A stretch of DNA of 64,000 nucleotides from an uncultured Actinomycetes bacterium (GCA_963767005.1 CAVYCN010000010.1:100059-164058), one strand, 5' to 3'; counted from the stretch's first letter, positions 1-11,396 are shown. Notes: generated by a model not told the origin, from the letters alone. Translations and numbers: made by a program.

Positions 1-942
1 CGCCGGCGGCACCGTGTACGAGGGCGCGCCGGCCGGCGCGCCTGCGTGCTGAGCAAGCCGGACCTCGGGCGTGTGGCGCGCCAGCCAGCTCCTTCCGTTG
101 AAGGCGTCGAGCACATTCGCCCGCCAGTACGAGGCCACGGGCGATTCGACCTGGAACACACGCGCGTTGTTCCGGGGATCGAGCAGGCTGGGGAAGTTGA
201 GCATCCAGTCGAAGCTCACCCGCGACGTCGCCGCGCCGGGCGCTCCCCAAGTGGTCCAGTCGCGCCAGGGCTTGCCCGCGGCGACCGGCGTGACGGCGAG
301 CAGGAGGAGCGCGCAGCCCATCGCGACCACGGCGAGGCCGGTCCCGGCGACGGCGCCGGACGGCGCGCCGTCGGTGCGCTGCAGTGAGCGCGAGAGCGCG
401 AGCAGGCAGCCGGCGAGCGGCAGGAAGGCGAGCGGCAGGGCGACCACGCTGGCGGCGCCGTCGACCGTGAGGCCGTAGCCCATGACGACGAGGAGGACGA
501 CGACGGCCGGCAGGGCGCGCCGCAGGCTGAGGGCAGCAAAGGCGGCAAGGCCCGTCGTGCCGTAGACGATGAGCGTGAGCAGCAGGCGCAGATCGCCGGC
601 TCCGGTCAGGTCGAAGGGGAACGTGCGCACCGAGTAGTCGTGGGCGCCGGCGCGCAGGGCGCTCAGATAGAAGCCGATCCTGAGGTCGTAGGCGTGCGCG
701 CCCGTCGCTGGCGGCAGCACGAGCCGGGCGGCCATGTAGGCCCCGAGCGGCAGCAGGACGAGCGCCACCGGCCAGAGCCGGCGGCGCACGAGACCGGGGG
801 CACCGGCGAGCGTGGCGAGCAGCGCCGTCCAGACCAGGGCGGGTGCGAGACCCGGGCGGGCGACGCGCGCCATGGCGAGGGCCGCGATGATCGCGAGCGC
901 CGCGAGACAGGCGAGGCAGAGGAAGCGAGCGGTGAGCCTCAT
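1..942 (-). CDS. Transglutaminase (TgpA/DUF3488-type) membrane protein, N-terminal part; runs off the window start
   Basis: Manual translation from ATG at 942 (MRLTARFLCLACLAALAII...) is open to base 1, with several TM segments and a YWRANVLDAFNGRSW motif typical of DUF3488; lies downstream of MoxR and DUF58 as in the usual trio. Confidence 0.8.
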   Translation of the reverse strand, partial: MRLTARFLCLACLAALAIIAALAMARVARPGLAPALVWTALLATLAGAPGLVRRRLWPVALVLLPLGAYMAARLVLPPATGAHAYDLRIGFYLSALRAGAHDYSVRTFPFDLTGAGDLRLLLTLIVYGTTGLAAFAALSLRRALPAVVVLLVVMGYGLTVDGAASVVALPLAFLPLAGCLLALSRSLQRTDGAPSGAVAGTGLAVVAMGCALLLLAVTPVAAGKPWRDWTTWGAPGAATSRVSFDWMLNFPSLLDPRNNARVFQVESPVASYWRANVLDAFNGRSWLARHTPEVRLAQHAGAPAGAPSYTVPPA

Positions 943-949
943 CGCCGTC

Positions 950-2269
950 TCAGCGGCCGCGCACCTGGAGCGCGAGGTCGCCGGCGTCGCGCTCGGCCCG
1001 GCCGAGCGAGAGGGCGGTCCGCAGATCGTCGTCGGCGCGCAGCGTGAGGCAGACCACGCCGGCGGCGGCGAGCGCGACGAGCGCCCCGCGGTCGGGCGGT
1101 GCGCCCGGCTGCGTCGCAGCTCCGTGCGTGGCCTCGGTGACCGCCGCCGCCCGCGCGCCGTCGAACGAGCCGGCATCGACGACGATCGCCCGCGTGTGGA
1201 CGCCCTCGCGGTGCAGGCCGATGAGCGCGCGCGAGAGGTCGCGGTCGAGCGTGAGCGCCACGACCACCAGGGTGCGGGTCGGCGTGGCCCGGCCGCCGTT
1301 CGTGCGGAGGTGCTGGAGCGACGTGGCAAGCGGCGCCCGGGCGCTGGGACGCACGGCGGCCAGGGTGTCGAGCAGGCGACGCCGGCCCTGCGCGTCGGCC
1401 GCCAGGCGCGTCGGCCGCCAGGCGCCGTCGTGCACGAGCAGGACGGCGTCGTGCCCGGCCGACAGCACGAAGTCGGCTACCGAGGCGGCCGCCTGCACGG
1501 CGAGCTCGAAGCTCGTGAACGGCTCCGCGCCGGCGACGCCGGCCGACGTGCCGTCGAGCAGCACGGTGACGTCGCCGCTATCGGGGTCGTCCATCTCGCG
1601 CAGCATGAGGGTGGCGGTCTTGGCCGTGGCCTTCCAGTCGACGTGGCTCAGGGGTTCGCCCGGCTGGTGGGGCCTGATGCCGCGCAGCTCGGTCGCGCCG
1701 CCGCGCGCAAGGCCGCGGCGCGCGAGGCCGCGACGGCTGCCGAGCTCGGCGAAGAGCGCGCACGAGCCGAGCTCGACGAGCCGGGGGTAGACCGTGACGT
1801 CGAGCGAGTCGCCGAGCCGGCGTCGCGCACGCCAGAGGCCGAGCGCGTCCTCGGCTTCGACGTGCGGCGGCGGCAGGACGTGCACGCCGCGTCGGGCCGG
1901 CAGCGGCGGGCTCATGGCGACCCGTTCCTGGTAGGAGCCGAGGCTCGGGAAGGCGATCGTCGAAGCGGCGGCGTGGATGCCTGCGGTGGCGTCGGGCAGG
2001 GTGACTTCGAGCCCGGGGAGCTGGGAGCCGTTGATCGCGCGAAACGCCACCACGAGGTCGTCGCCGGCGGTCGGGTGACTCGGATGCAGCGTGCGCACGA
2101 TCAAGAGGCGCCGGCTGGTCGCCAGCACGAGCAGCCACGCGACGACCGCGGTGGCGACGAAGGTCAGCGCCACGAAGTACAGCTCCCACGTGCCGACGAT
2201 GCGGGCGGCCAGGTACGTGGCGACGGCCACGGCGAGCAGGGCGAGGCCGCGGCGGGTCGGGCGGATGAT
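950..2269 (-). CDS. DUF58 family (VWA-like) MoxR partner protein
   Basis: ELRGIRPHQPGEPLSHVDWKATAK and VTVLLD motifs; N-terminal IRPTRRG plus TM; first canonical start is 2230, but the conserved-looking N-terminus begins at about 2269. Confidence 0.85.
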   Translation of the reverse strand: MIRPTRRGLALLAVAVATYLAARIVGTWELYFVALTFVATAVVAWLLVLATSRRLLIVRTLHPSHPTAGDDLVVAFRAINGSQLPGLEVTLPDATAGIHAAASTIAFPSLGSYQERVAMSPPLPARRGVHVLPPPHVEAEDALGLWRARRRLGDSLDVTVYPRLVELGSCALFAELGSRRGLARRGLARGGATELRGIRPHQPGEPLSHVDWKATAKTATLMLREMDDPDSGDVTVLLDGTSAGVAGAEPFTSFELAVQAAASVADFVLSAGHDAVLLVHDGAWRPTRLAADAQGRRRLLDTLAAVRPSARAPLATSLQHLRTNGGRATPTRTLVVVALTLDRDLSRALIGLHREGVHTRAIVVDAGSFDGARAAAVTEATHGAATQPGAPPDRGALVALAAAGVVCLTLRADDDLRTALSLGRAERDAGDLALQVRGR

Positions 2270-2270
2270 G

Positions 2271-3254
<984 letters not shown>

Positions 3255-3325
3255 GCGACGTCTCCCGCTCCGTCGGGCCGGTCGACGACCGACCGATCCG
3301 GCCGGCGACCCTCGCTCGTATCACT

Positions 3326-5347
3326 CTATTCCCACAGCGAACGGATGCCCGCACGGATCGCCGCTGTTGCGAGCGGCTCGAGCGGCCTGCCGTCGGCGTC
3401 GGCCTGGACGGCGGGCTGGAGCTGCGCGAAGTGGGTGGCGACGGCATCGGTGAGAAAGCGCGAGCGCTGGGCGTAGCCGTGCGTGTCGGCTTTGGCCCAG
3501 GGCTGGCTGTAGTAGCGCAGTGGATGAGTGACGTAGAGCTGGTCGCGCGCTCTGGTGCAGGCCACGTAGAACAGGCGGCGCTCCTCGTCGATCTCGGCGT
3601 CGGTGCCCGTGGCCATGTCGGACGGCACGTTGCCGTCGGCGGCGTGGATGACGAAGACGACGTCGAACTCGAGACCCTTGGCGGAGTGCATGGTCGACAG
3701 CACGAGGTAGTCCTCGTCGAGCAGGGGCGGGCCGGCGAGGTCCTGGGCCGAAGACGGCGGGTCGAGCACGAGGTCGGCAAGGAAACGGGCGCGGTCGGCA
3801 GAGCGGCCGGCGACGATCTCGATCTGCTCGAGGTCGCGCAGACGGGCCGTCGCGTCGTCGTAGCGCCGTTCGAGGAGCGGCTGGTACACGGCTCGCACGG
3901 CGTGGATCTGGGCCGGGACGTCGCCTGGCGCGGCGCCCGCGAGCCGGCGCAGCAGGGCGACGAGCCCGGGCCAGACGGCGCGCGCGGCCTCGGGCACCCG
4001 CGCCGGGGCCCAGGCGGCGAAGTCGCCGCTCCCGGCGAGCAGGGTCTCGCGCAGCGTGGCCGCCGTGGCCGGGCCGATGCCGGGCACGAGACCGAGCACA
4101 CGCAGGCCCGCCGTGGCGTCGCGCGGGTTTTCGGCGAGGCGCAGGAAGGCGGCGAGGTCTTTGACGTGGGCCGTCTCGGCGAAGCGCAGGCCGCCGTACT
4201 TGCGAAACGGCACGTTGCGCCGCGACAGCTCGATCTCGAGGGCGAGCGAGTGGTGCTGCGCGCGGAAAAGCACGGCCTGGCGCGTGAGCGGGGTGCCCTG
4301 TTCGCGATGCTCGAGGATGCGCTCGCAGACGTAGGCCGTCTGCTCGTCTTCGTCGCGGCAGGTCACGAGGATGGGGCGGGCGCCGCCCGGTCGCTCGGTC
4401 CAGAGCGTCTTGTCGCGGCGCTCGGCGGCCGCGGCCATGATGGCGTTCGTGGCAGCGAGGATGGGGGCGGTGGAGCGGTAGTTGCGTTCGAGCGTGAGCA
4501 CGGTGGCGCCCGGGAAGCGCTGCTCGAAGTCGAGGATGTTGCGCACCGTCGCGGCGCGAAACCCGTAGATCGCCTGCGCGTCGTCGCCGACGCAGGTGAC
4601 GCCGCGGCCGCCCGGCCGCAGGAACGAGACGATGTCGGCCTGCAGGACGTTGGTGTCCTGGAACTCGTCGACGAGCACGTGGTCGAAGCGGGCGCGCACT
4701 CGGGCGCCGGCCGCGGGGTCGGCGAGCAGCGCGCGCCAGAACAGCAGCAGGTCGTCGTAGTCGAGTACCTGTTGCTCGTCTTTGGCGTCGGTGTAGCGCG
4801 CGAAGAGGAGCGCGAGCCCCTCGCGGGCCGGCTCGCACCAGGGGAACGCGACGGGCAGCACCTCGGCGAGCGGCGCCTGCGAGTCGATGCAGCGCGAGTA
4901 GATGTCGAGGCAGGTCGACTTCTGCGGGAAGCGTACGCCGTCGCCCCCCAACCGCAGCGCCGTGCGGGCCACGTGGAGGAGGTCCTCGGCGTCGGCGCGG
5001 TCGAGGATGGTGAAGTCGGGCTGCAGCCCCAGGTCGCGGGCGTGGATGCGCAGCAGGCGGGCGGCGACCGCGTGGAACGTGCCGCCCCAGACACGGCCGC
5101 CGGCGCGGCCGCCGCCCGCCTGCCGGTCGGCGAGCAGCGCGTCGACGCGGCGCAGCATCTCGGCGGCGGCGCGTCGGGTGAAGGTGAGCAGCAGGATGCG
5201 CCCAGGGTCGGCGCCGCCTTCGATCAGGCGGGCCACGCGGTGCACGAGGGTGGCCGTCTTGCCGGTGCCGGCGCCGGCCACGATGAGCAGGGGGTCGTGG
5301 CCGAACTCGACGGCGGCGCGCTGTTCGGCGTTCAACTCGAGCCGCAT
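3326..5347 (-). CDS. UvrD/PcrA/Rep family ATP-dependent DNA helicase
   Basis: AGAGTGKT, VLVDEFQDTN, VGDDAQAIYGFR, LERNYRS, STMHSAKGLEFD, EERRLFYVACTRA; start taken at ATG 5347. Confidence 0.92.
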   Translation of the reverse strand: MRLELNAEQRAAVEFGHDPLLIVAGAGTGKTATLVHRVARLIEGGADPGRILLLTFTRRAAAEMLRRVDALLADRQAGGGRAGGRVWGGTFHAVAARLLRIHARDLGLQPDFTILDRADAEDLLHVARTALRLGGDGVRFPQKSTCLDIYSRCIDSQAPLAEVLPVAFPWCEPAREGLALLFARYTDAKDEQQVLDYDDLLLFWRALLADPAAGARVRARFDHVLVDEFQDTNVLQADIVSFLRPGGRGVTCVGDDAQAIYGFRAATVRNILDFEQRFPGATVLTLERNYRSTAPILAATNAIMAAAAERRDKTLWTERPGGARPILVTCRDEDEQTAYVCERILEHREQGTPLTRQAVLFRAQHHSLALEIELSRRNVPFRKYGGLRFAETAHVKDLAAFLRLAENPRDATAGLRVLGLVPGIGPATAATLRETLLAGSGDFAAWAPARVPEAARAVWPGLVALLRRLAGAAPGDVPAQIHAVRAVYQPLLERRYDDATARLRDLEQIEIVAGRSADRARFLADLVLDPPSSAQDLAGPPLLDEDYLVLSTMHSAKGLEFDVVFVIHAADGNVPSDMATGTDAEIDEERRLFYVACTRARDQLYVTHPLRYYSQPWAKADTHGYAQRSRFLTDAVATHFAQLQPAVQADADGRPLEPLATAAIRAGIRSLWE

Positions 5348-5499
5348 GAATCGACTCCCGGGTGGCTTGGCCGGCAGGCTATCACGCGGTGGCGACGGCA
5401 AAGCCGGTCCTGGACGAGCCCGAGCGACGCGCCCGCGAGGTGCGGGCGGCGGGACCGCCACACGCGCGTCCGCGCCGGCGAGGCGCTAGAGTGGAGCCT

Positions 5500-7008
5500 G
5501 TGAAGCACACTTCGGCCCGCGTCATCATGCTTCAGGGGACGGCCTCGCACGCCGGCAAGACGGTGCTCGCGGCCGCGTTGTGCCGGCTGTACGCGCAGCG
5601 CGGTCTCGCAGTGGCGCCGTTCAAGGCCCAGAACATGGCGCTGAACTCGGCCGTGACCGCGGCCGGCGACGAGATCGGCCGCGCCCAGGTCTTCCAGGCG
5701 GCGGCCGCCGGCGTCGAGCCGGTGGTCGACATGAACCCGGTGCTGCTCAAGCCGACCACGGGCGGCGCGAGCCAGGTCGTCGTCATGGGCCGTCCGGTCG
5801 GCGAGATGGCGGTGCCCGCCTATCAGGCCTACCAGGCGACCGTCTGGCCCGTCGTGACCGCGGCGCTGGCGCGTCTGCGGGCGACCCACGACCTGATCGT
5901 GATCGAGGGGGCGGGCAGCTCCGCCGAGGTCAACCTGCGCCACGCCGACATCGTCAACATGCGGCTCGCGCGGCACGCGAGCGCGCCGGTGCTGCTCGTC
6001 GGCGACATCGACCGGGGCGGCGTGTTCGCGGCGCTGCTCGGCCACATGGAGCTCTTCACGCCGGACGAGCGCGCGCTGGTCGCCGGCTTCATCGTCAACA
6101 AGTTCCGCGGCGACGCCGCGCAGCTCGCGTCCGGGCTCGAGCTGCTCGAGGCGCGCACGGGCGTGCCGACGCTCGGCGTTGTGCCGTTCCTCGAGGGCTG
6201 GCGCGGCGACGAAGAGGACTCGCTGGCGCTCGACGCGCCGCCGTCGCGCCGCTCGCGCGACGGCGTCGTGGTCGCCGTGGTGCGGCTCCCGTACCTCAGC
6301 AACACGACCGACTTCGACGCCCTGGCCGCCGAGCCCGACGTGGTCGTGCGCTACGCACGCACGCCCGCCGAGCTGAGCGGGGCGAACCTGATCGTGCTGC
6401 CCGGCACCAAGAGTACGATGGCCGACCTCGCCTGGCTGCGCGAGCGAGCGCTCGACGCGGCGATCCTGGGCGCCGCCCGCGCCGGCGTGCCGGTCGCCGG
6501 CATCTGCGGCGGCTACCAGATGCTCGGCCGGCGCCTGCGCGACCCCGGGCACGTGGAGTCGCCCGTCGCGCAGTGCGCGGGGCTCGGACTGCTCGACGTG
6601 ACGAGCACGTTCACCGGCCGCAAGCGGACGATGCGGGTGCACGGCAGCACCCGCGGCGGGGGCCTCGTCGCCGAGGGAGCGGAGCTGTGCGGCTACGAGA
6701 TCCACGTGGGCAGGACGCGGCGGGCCGCCGGGGTCCGCCCGTTCGCGCGTCTGCGGCCGCGCGGCGGACCGGCCCGCGACGACGGTGCGGTCTCGGCCGA
6801 CGGGGCGGTCTTCGGTACGTACGTGCATGGCCTCTTCGACGCGCCCGGGCTGCGAGCCGCGCTGCTGAACCGGTTGCGCGTGGCGGCCGGGCTGCCGGAG
6901 CGGCCGCCGGCCGCCGTCGAGTCCGACCTGGACCGGCTCGCGCGCCACGTCGAGGAGCACCTCGACGTCGGGCGCCTCGATGAGATCGTCGGTATTCGCT
7001 CAAACTGA
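5500..7008 (+). CDS. cobQ: Cobyric acid synthase
   Basis: MLQGTASHAGKT, APFKAQNMALNS, MNPVLLKP, EGAGSSAEVNL, DIDRGGVFA, GICGGYQMLG, GTYVHGLFD. Confidence 0.93.
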   Translation: MKHTSARVIMLQGTASHAGKTVLAAALCRLYAQRGLAVAPFKAQNMALNSAVTAAGDEIGRAQVFQAAAAGVEPVVDMNPVLLKPTTGGASQVVVMGRPVGEMAVPAYQAYQATVWPVVTAALARLRATHDLIVIEGAGSSAEVNLRHADIVNMRLARHASAPVLLVGDIDRGGVFAALLGHMELFTPDERALVAGFIVNKFRGDAAQLASGLELLEARTGVPTLGVVPFLEGWRGDEEDSLALDAPPSRRSRDGVVVAVVRLPYLSNTTDFDALAAEPDVVVRYARTPAELSGANLIVLPGTKSTMADLAWLRERALDAAILGAARAGVPVAGICGGYQMLGRRLRDPGHVESPVAQCAGLGLLDVTSTFTGRKRTMRVHGSTRGGGLVAEGAELCGYEIHVGRTRRAAGVRPFARLRPRGGPARDDGAVSADGAVFGTYVHGLFDAPGLRAALLNRLRVAAGLPERPPAAVESDLDRLARHVEEHLDVGRLDEIVGIRSN

Positions 7009-7141
7009 ACGGCCCTGCGGTCGATGATGTGAGCGACGGCGCCGCCGGCGGCCTCACCGCGGGCAGCTTTGCCGCCGGCCGCCTTGGCCGGGCGCCGCGG
7101 TTGCCGGCTGCTATCGGCGCCAAAACGGGAAGAGAGGCTGC

Positions 7142-8296
7142 GTGATCCGCTCCAGGAGACTGCCGACCGTCCTGCTGCTCGCGCTCGCCTTCGTCGCGGG
7201 CTTCGGCCTCGCGACGCTGCTCGCGTCCGTCGGAGGCACCGCAGGAGCGCGCGGTCAGGAGCGGCTGTATCGCCAGGTCCTGCAGGACGTGCAGAGCGAT
7301 TACTACCGGCCCGTCGACGTCTCGGGGCTCGGGCAGGCCGGCATCGCCGGCCTGCTCGCCTCGCTGCACGACCCGTACACGGTCTACTTCACGCATCAGC
7401 AAGCCACCGCCTTCGACCAGGAGCTGAGCGGCACCTACACGGGCATCGGCACCGAGGTCGATTCGAGCCACGGCCGGCTCGTCATCACGCGGGTCTTCGC
7501 CGGCTCGCCGGCGGCGCGCGCCGGCGTGCGCGCCGGCGACGTGATCGTGTCGGTCGACGGCGTCTCCACCACCGGCCACTCGGTGAACGACGTCGTGAGC
7601 CGGATCCTCGGTCCGGCCGGCACGCACGTTTCCGTGCGGCTGCGCCGCGGCACGAGCTTCGTCGCACTGACGCTGACACGTGGCACGATCACCCGGCCGC
7701 TCACCGTGTCGCGCCTGATCGTCGATCACGGTACGAAGGTCGGCTACGTGTCGCTCTCCGCCTTTGCCTCGGGCGCCGGCCAGCAGGTCGGCCACGACGT
7801 CGCGGCGCTGCAGGACGGCGGCGCGCGGGCGATCATCCTCGATCTGCGCGACAACGGCGGCGGCCTCGTCGCGGAGGCCGTGAAGGTGGCGAGCGATTTC
7901 CTGCCGCCCGGCCGCGTGGTCGCGACCGAGAAGGGCCTGCACGTGCCGACGACGGTCCTGAAGACCGTGGCCGGCCACGCCACGAGCCTGCCGCTGGTCG
8001 TGCTCGTCAACGGCAACACCGCGAGCGCCTCGGAGATCGTCACGGGAGCGCTGCAGGACGACCGGCGAGCCACGGTGATCGGGACGCGGACGTTCGGCAA
8101 AGGGGTCGTGCAGACCGTGCTGCCCCTGCCGGGCGGCGCGAGCCTCAAGATCACGATCGCGGCCTACCTCACGCCGCGCGGGCGCGACATCAACCACAAG
8201 GGTCTCCAGCCCGACATTGTGGTCTCCCAGCCCGCCGGCACGACCGCCGACCGCGCCCTCCAGCGAGCCCTGCGCTTCATCGCCATCGGACGCTGA
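7142..8296 (+). CDS. S41 family carboxy-terminal processing protease (PDZ + peptidase)
   Basis: Signal/TM N-terminus, DPYTVY, GIG PDZ motif, LDLRDNGGG, TASASEIV, RTFGKGVVQ. Confidence 0.92.
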   Translation: MIRSRRLPTVLLLALAFVAGFGLATLLASVGGTAGARGQERLYRQVLQDVQSDYYRPVDVSGLGQAGIAGLLASLHDPYTVYFTHQQATAFDQELSGTYTGIGTEVDSSHGRLVITRVFAGSPAARAGVRAGDVIVSVDGVSTTGHSVNDVVSRILGPAGTHVSVRLRRGTSFVALTLTRGTITRPLTVSRLIVDHGTKVGYVSLSAFASGAGQQVGHDVAALQDGGARAIILDLRDNGGGLVAEAVKVASDFLPPGRVVATEKGLHVPTTVLKTVAGHATSLPLVVLVNGNTASASEIVTGALQDDRRATVIGTRTFGKGVVQTVLPLPGGASLKITIAAYLTPRGRDINHKGLQPDIVVSQPAGTTADRALQRALRFIAIGR

Positions 8297-8436
8297 CGGC
8301 GCTGCTCCCGGCGGCGCGCGCGGCGCACGCTTGGGCCGCCCTGCTGCGGGGAACGTAGCGGCGACGGTCACGAGCACGCCCCCGGGGTGGAGCCGGCGTG
8401 GCCGCCTCCGTCGTCGAGGCAGGGGAGGACGCCGTC

Positions 8437-9042
8437 ATGCTCACGCGCAGCAGCGTCGGTCTGACCTGGGTGCTCGATGAGCCGCTCGCGCGTGCCTCAC
8501 ATGCCCTCGTCGACGACGGCAGGGTGTGGTTCGTCGACCCGACCGACGAGCCCGCGGCGCTCGAAGCGGCGCTCGCGCTCGGCCGGCCGGTCGCCGTGCT
8601 GCAGCTCCTCGACCGCCACAACCGCGACTGCGCGCGCCTCGCCGAGCGCCTCGCCGTCCCTCACCTGAGGGTGCCGGCGGTGGTGCTCGACTCGCCCTTC
8701 GAGGTCGTCCCGGTGGTCGACTGGCGGTTCTGGAGCGAGGTCGCCCTGTGGTGGCCGGCGCGGCGCGCGCTCGTGGTGGCCGAGGCGATCGGGACCTCGC
8801 CCGGCTACGCGCCGGCCAGCCTGGGAGCCGGGGTCAGCGTCGGCCTGCGGCCGTGGCCGCCACGCCGGCTGGCCGCGCTCGAACCCGAGCACCTGCTGGT
8901 CGGTCACGGCCCGCCGCTGCACGGGCTGGGCGCGGCGCCGGCCCTGCGCGAGGCCCTGCGGCGCGCTCGGGTCGATCTGCCGCGCGCCGTCGTCGCCCTG
9001 CCGCTGGCGCTGGCCGGGGCGCGGTCGCGACGGCCGGCCTGA
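8437..9042 (+). CDS. Hypothetical protein, degenerate metallo-beta-lactamase-like fold
   Basis: GGAGG RBS before ATG 8437; LDRHNRD and HLLVGHG motifs. Confidence 0.6.
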   Translation: MLTRSSVGLTWVLDEPLARASHALVDDGRVWFVDPTDEPAALEAALALGRPVAVLQLLDRHNRDCARLAERLAVPHLRVPAVVLDSPFEVVPVVDWRFWSEVALWWPARRALVVAEAIGTSPGYAPASLGAGVSVGLRPWPPRRLAALEPEHLLVGHGPPLHGLGAAPALREALRRARVDLPRAVVALPLALAGARSRRPA

Positions 9043-9076
9043 CGACCGGCGCCGCGAAGCGGGTATCACCAGCGTC

Positions 9077-10216
9077 ATGGAGGCAGCCCCAATCAGGGTA
9101 GCGACGCCCTCGGCGCGGACCGCTCGCAGCGACGTCGTCGGCAGCCTGCTGCGCCCGCCCGAGCTCCTCGCCGCGCGCGAGGCCTACGCCGCGGGCCGCC
9201 TGTCGGCGGCGGCCTTCAAGGCCGTCGAGGACGCGGCCGTGGACCAGGCGATCGCGCTGCAGGTCGAGGCCGGGCTCGACGTGGTGACCGACGGCGAGAT
9301 GCGGCGTCTCTCGTTCCAGAGTCAGCTTGCCGAGGCCGTCGACGGCCTCGGCGACTGGGACATCGACGCGTTCCTGTGGGGCGAGTGGCGCAGCGACGAA
9401 CTCGGCGAGCGTCACATCGAACGTCCGTCCATGGGGGTGACCGGCAAGCTCACGCGGCGCCGGTTCCTGTCGGCCGAGGAGCTCACCTACGCGCGCGGCC
9501 GCACCGATCGCGTGGTCAAGGTGACGCTGCCCAGCCCCAGCCTCTTCGCCAACTTCTGGGACCCGCGGGGCTCCCTCGCGGCCTACGCCGACCTCGACGC
9601 GTTCCTGGCCGACGTCGCCGACATCCTGCGCGGCGAGGTCGACGAGCTCGTGCGTCTCGGCGCCACCTACATCCAGCTCGACGCGCCTCACTACCCGCTG
9701 CTCGTCGACCCGTCGTACCGCGCGTTCTACGAGAGCCGCGGCTGGCCCGCGGAGCGCTGGATCGCGCGCGGCGTCGAGCTCGACAACGAGGTGATCGGCG
9801 ACCACCCCGGCGTCACGTTCGGCATGCATCTCTGTCGCGGTAACCAGATGAGCCGCTGGCTCGCACGCGGCGGCTACGAGCAGATCGCGCGGCAGGTGTT
9901 CGGCAGCGTCCACGTGCAGCGGCTGCTGCTGGAATACGACGACGCGCGCTCGGGCGGGTTCGAGCCGCTGCGCGAGGTGCCCGACGACGTGGTGGTGGTC
10001 CTCGGTCTCGTGACCACCAAGCACGGCGGTCTCGAGCCGGTCGACGACCTCGTGCGCCGTGTCCACGAGGCCGCGGCGTTCGTGCCGCTCGAGCGGCTCG
10101 CGCTCTCGCCACAGTGCGGTTTCGCCACGTCGATCGTCGGCAACGACCTGACCGTGGAGCAGCAACGCGCCAAGCTGGGCGTCGTCGCCGAGGCGGCGCG
10201 CCTGGTCTGGACTTGA
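9077..10216 (+). CDS. Cobalamin-independent methionine synthase II family protein, catalytic domain only (YxjH-like)
   Basis: VGSLLRP, DVVTDGEMRR, IQLDAP, and Zn ligands MHLCRGN, LLEYD, LSPQCGF; about half the length of full MetE. Confidence 0.88.
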   Translation: MEAAPIRVATPSARTARSDVVGSLLRPPELLAAREAYAAGRLSAAAFKAVEDAAVDQAIALQVEAGLDVVTDGEMRRLSFQSQLAEAVDGLGDWDIDAFLWGEWRSDELGERHIERPSMGVTGKLTRRRFLSAEELTYARGRTDRVVKVTLPSPSLFANFWDPRGSLAAYADLDAFLADVADILRGEVDELVRLGATYIQLDAPHYPLLVDPSYRAFYESRGWPAERWIARGVELDNEVIGDHPGVTFGMHLCRGNQMSRWLARGGYEQIARQVFGSVHVQRLLLEYDDARSGGFEPLREVPDDVVVVLGLVTTKHGGLEPVDDLVRRVHEAAAFVPLERLALSPQCGFATSIVGNDLTVEQQRAKLGVVAEAARLVWT

Positions 10217-10369
10217 CGCCGCCAGGTTTCTCACCCGTGACGCTTTGAAACGCCCGCGCTCGCGAGTAGACTCGGCCGGCGGCCGCCGCGGGCAGCGGCG
10301 GTCACGGGTGCCGAGGCCGTGCGCAGGCGCCGACGCGACAAGCGCGACCGCGGGGAAGGGGGAGACGGT

Positions 10370-10729
10370 ATGACCGACGGACAGCAGTTCGCAGTGACGC
10401 TCGAACGACCGGCCGAAGGGGTCGCCGTCGTCGTGCTCGAAGGAGAGGTCGACCTCTACACCGCCCCGCGGTTCAAGGACGTGCTTCTGCAGGCGATCGA
10501 CGACGGTGCGCGCCACGTGATCGTCGACCTCGCCGACGTCAGCTTCGTCGACTCGACCGCCCTCGGTGTGCTCGTGAGCGGCGGCAAGCGCCTGCAGCAG
10601 TCGTCGGGCACTCTCGCGATCGGCTGTCCGGACCAGAAGATCCGGCGCATCCTCGAGATCACCGGGCTCGACACCGTGTTCGGCGTTTACGCAAGCCGCG
10701 ACGAGGCGCTCGCGGCCGACAAGGCCTAG
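10370..10729 (+). CDS. STAS-domain anti-sigma factor antagonist (RsbV/BldG-like)
   Basis: LEGEVDLYTAP, VDLADVSFVDSTALGVL, ILEITGL; GGAG RBS. Confidence 0.92.
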   Translation: MTDGQQFAVTLERPAEGVAVVVLEGEVDLYTAPRFKDVLLQAIDDGARHVIVDLADVSFVDSTALGVLVSGGKRLQQSSGTLAIGCPDQKIRRILEITGLDTVFGVYASRDEALAADKA

Positions 10730-10786
10730 GTCGACGACCGACTTCGGCGCCGGCGCTCGGCCTGGCGTCACGTCGTCGTGCGCCTG
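10730..10786 (+). repeat. Single diverged copy of a ~58-bp dispersed repeat family
   Basis: ggcgctcggcctggcgtcacgtcgtcgtgcgcctg aligns with ggcgctcaggcttgcgtgacttcgttgcgcgcctg in the 23225-23282 unit. Confidence 0.55.
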
Positions 10787-10883
10787 AGCCGCTGTCGCAC
10801 CCCCTGCCGGCGGGCGCCCTCAGAAGGTCTCGACCGCTCCGATCAGCCCACCGTCGCGGTGTGACGGCTCGTCGTGGCGTCGG

Positions 10884-11327
10884 TCAGGAAGCGGCGCGGT
10901 CGTCGGTCACCGAAGCGACCGCCTCGTCGTCGACGATGGTCGCCTCGTCGGCCTCGATCGGTGTGACGTCGACCGGCTCGTCGACGATCGTGACATCGCC
11001 GGGATCGACGACCTCGTCGACCGGGGTGGTCGCCGCGGGCGGAAGGCCGTCGTCGGCTGTCGCGGCCGCGTCCGTGTGGGCCGGCGCCGGCGTCGCGGTC
11101 GCCGCCTCGACCGGCGTGTCGACCGCCGCCGTTACGGCGGGCGTCTCGGCCGGCTGCTCGAGCGCATCGGGCTCGTCGTCGCTCAGACCGGCGATGCCGC
11201 TGCGGAACTCATGGATGCCGTGCCCCAGCGACTTGCCGAGGCCGGGCAGGCGCTGGGCGCCGAAGAGGAAGAAGATGATGACGAACAGTATCAGCAGGAT
11301 CTCGGGCTTGAACAGGTCTTCGATCAC
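10884..11327 (-). CDS. tatA: Twin-arginine translocase TatA/E subunit with long acidic tail
   Basis: PEILLILFVIIFFLFGAQRLPGLGKSLGHGIHEFR; GGAGG RBS. Confidence 0.88.
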   Translation of the reverse strand: MIEDLFKPEILLILFVIIFFLFGAQRLPGLGKSLGHGIHEFRSGIAGLSDDEPDALEQPAETPAVTAAVDTPVEAATATPAPAHTDAAATADDGLPPAATTPVDEVVDPGDVTIVDEPVDVTPIEADEATIVDDEAVASVTDDRAAS

Positions 11328-11396
11328 CAGGTACCTCCGCGTGCTCGCGCGCTAGTTGGATTCCTTCCAGCATGGTCGCCCCCACGGCCGGGGCCG

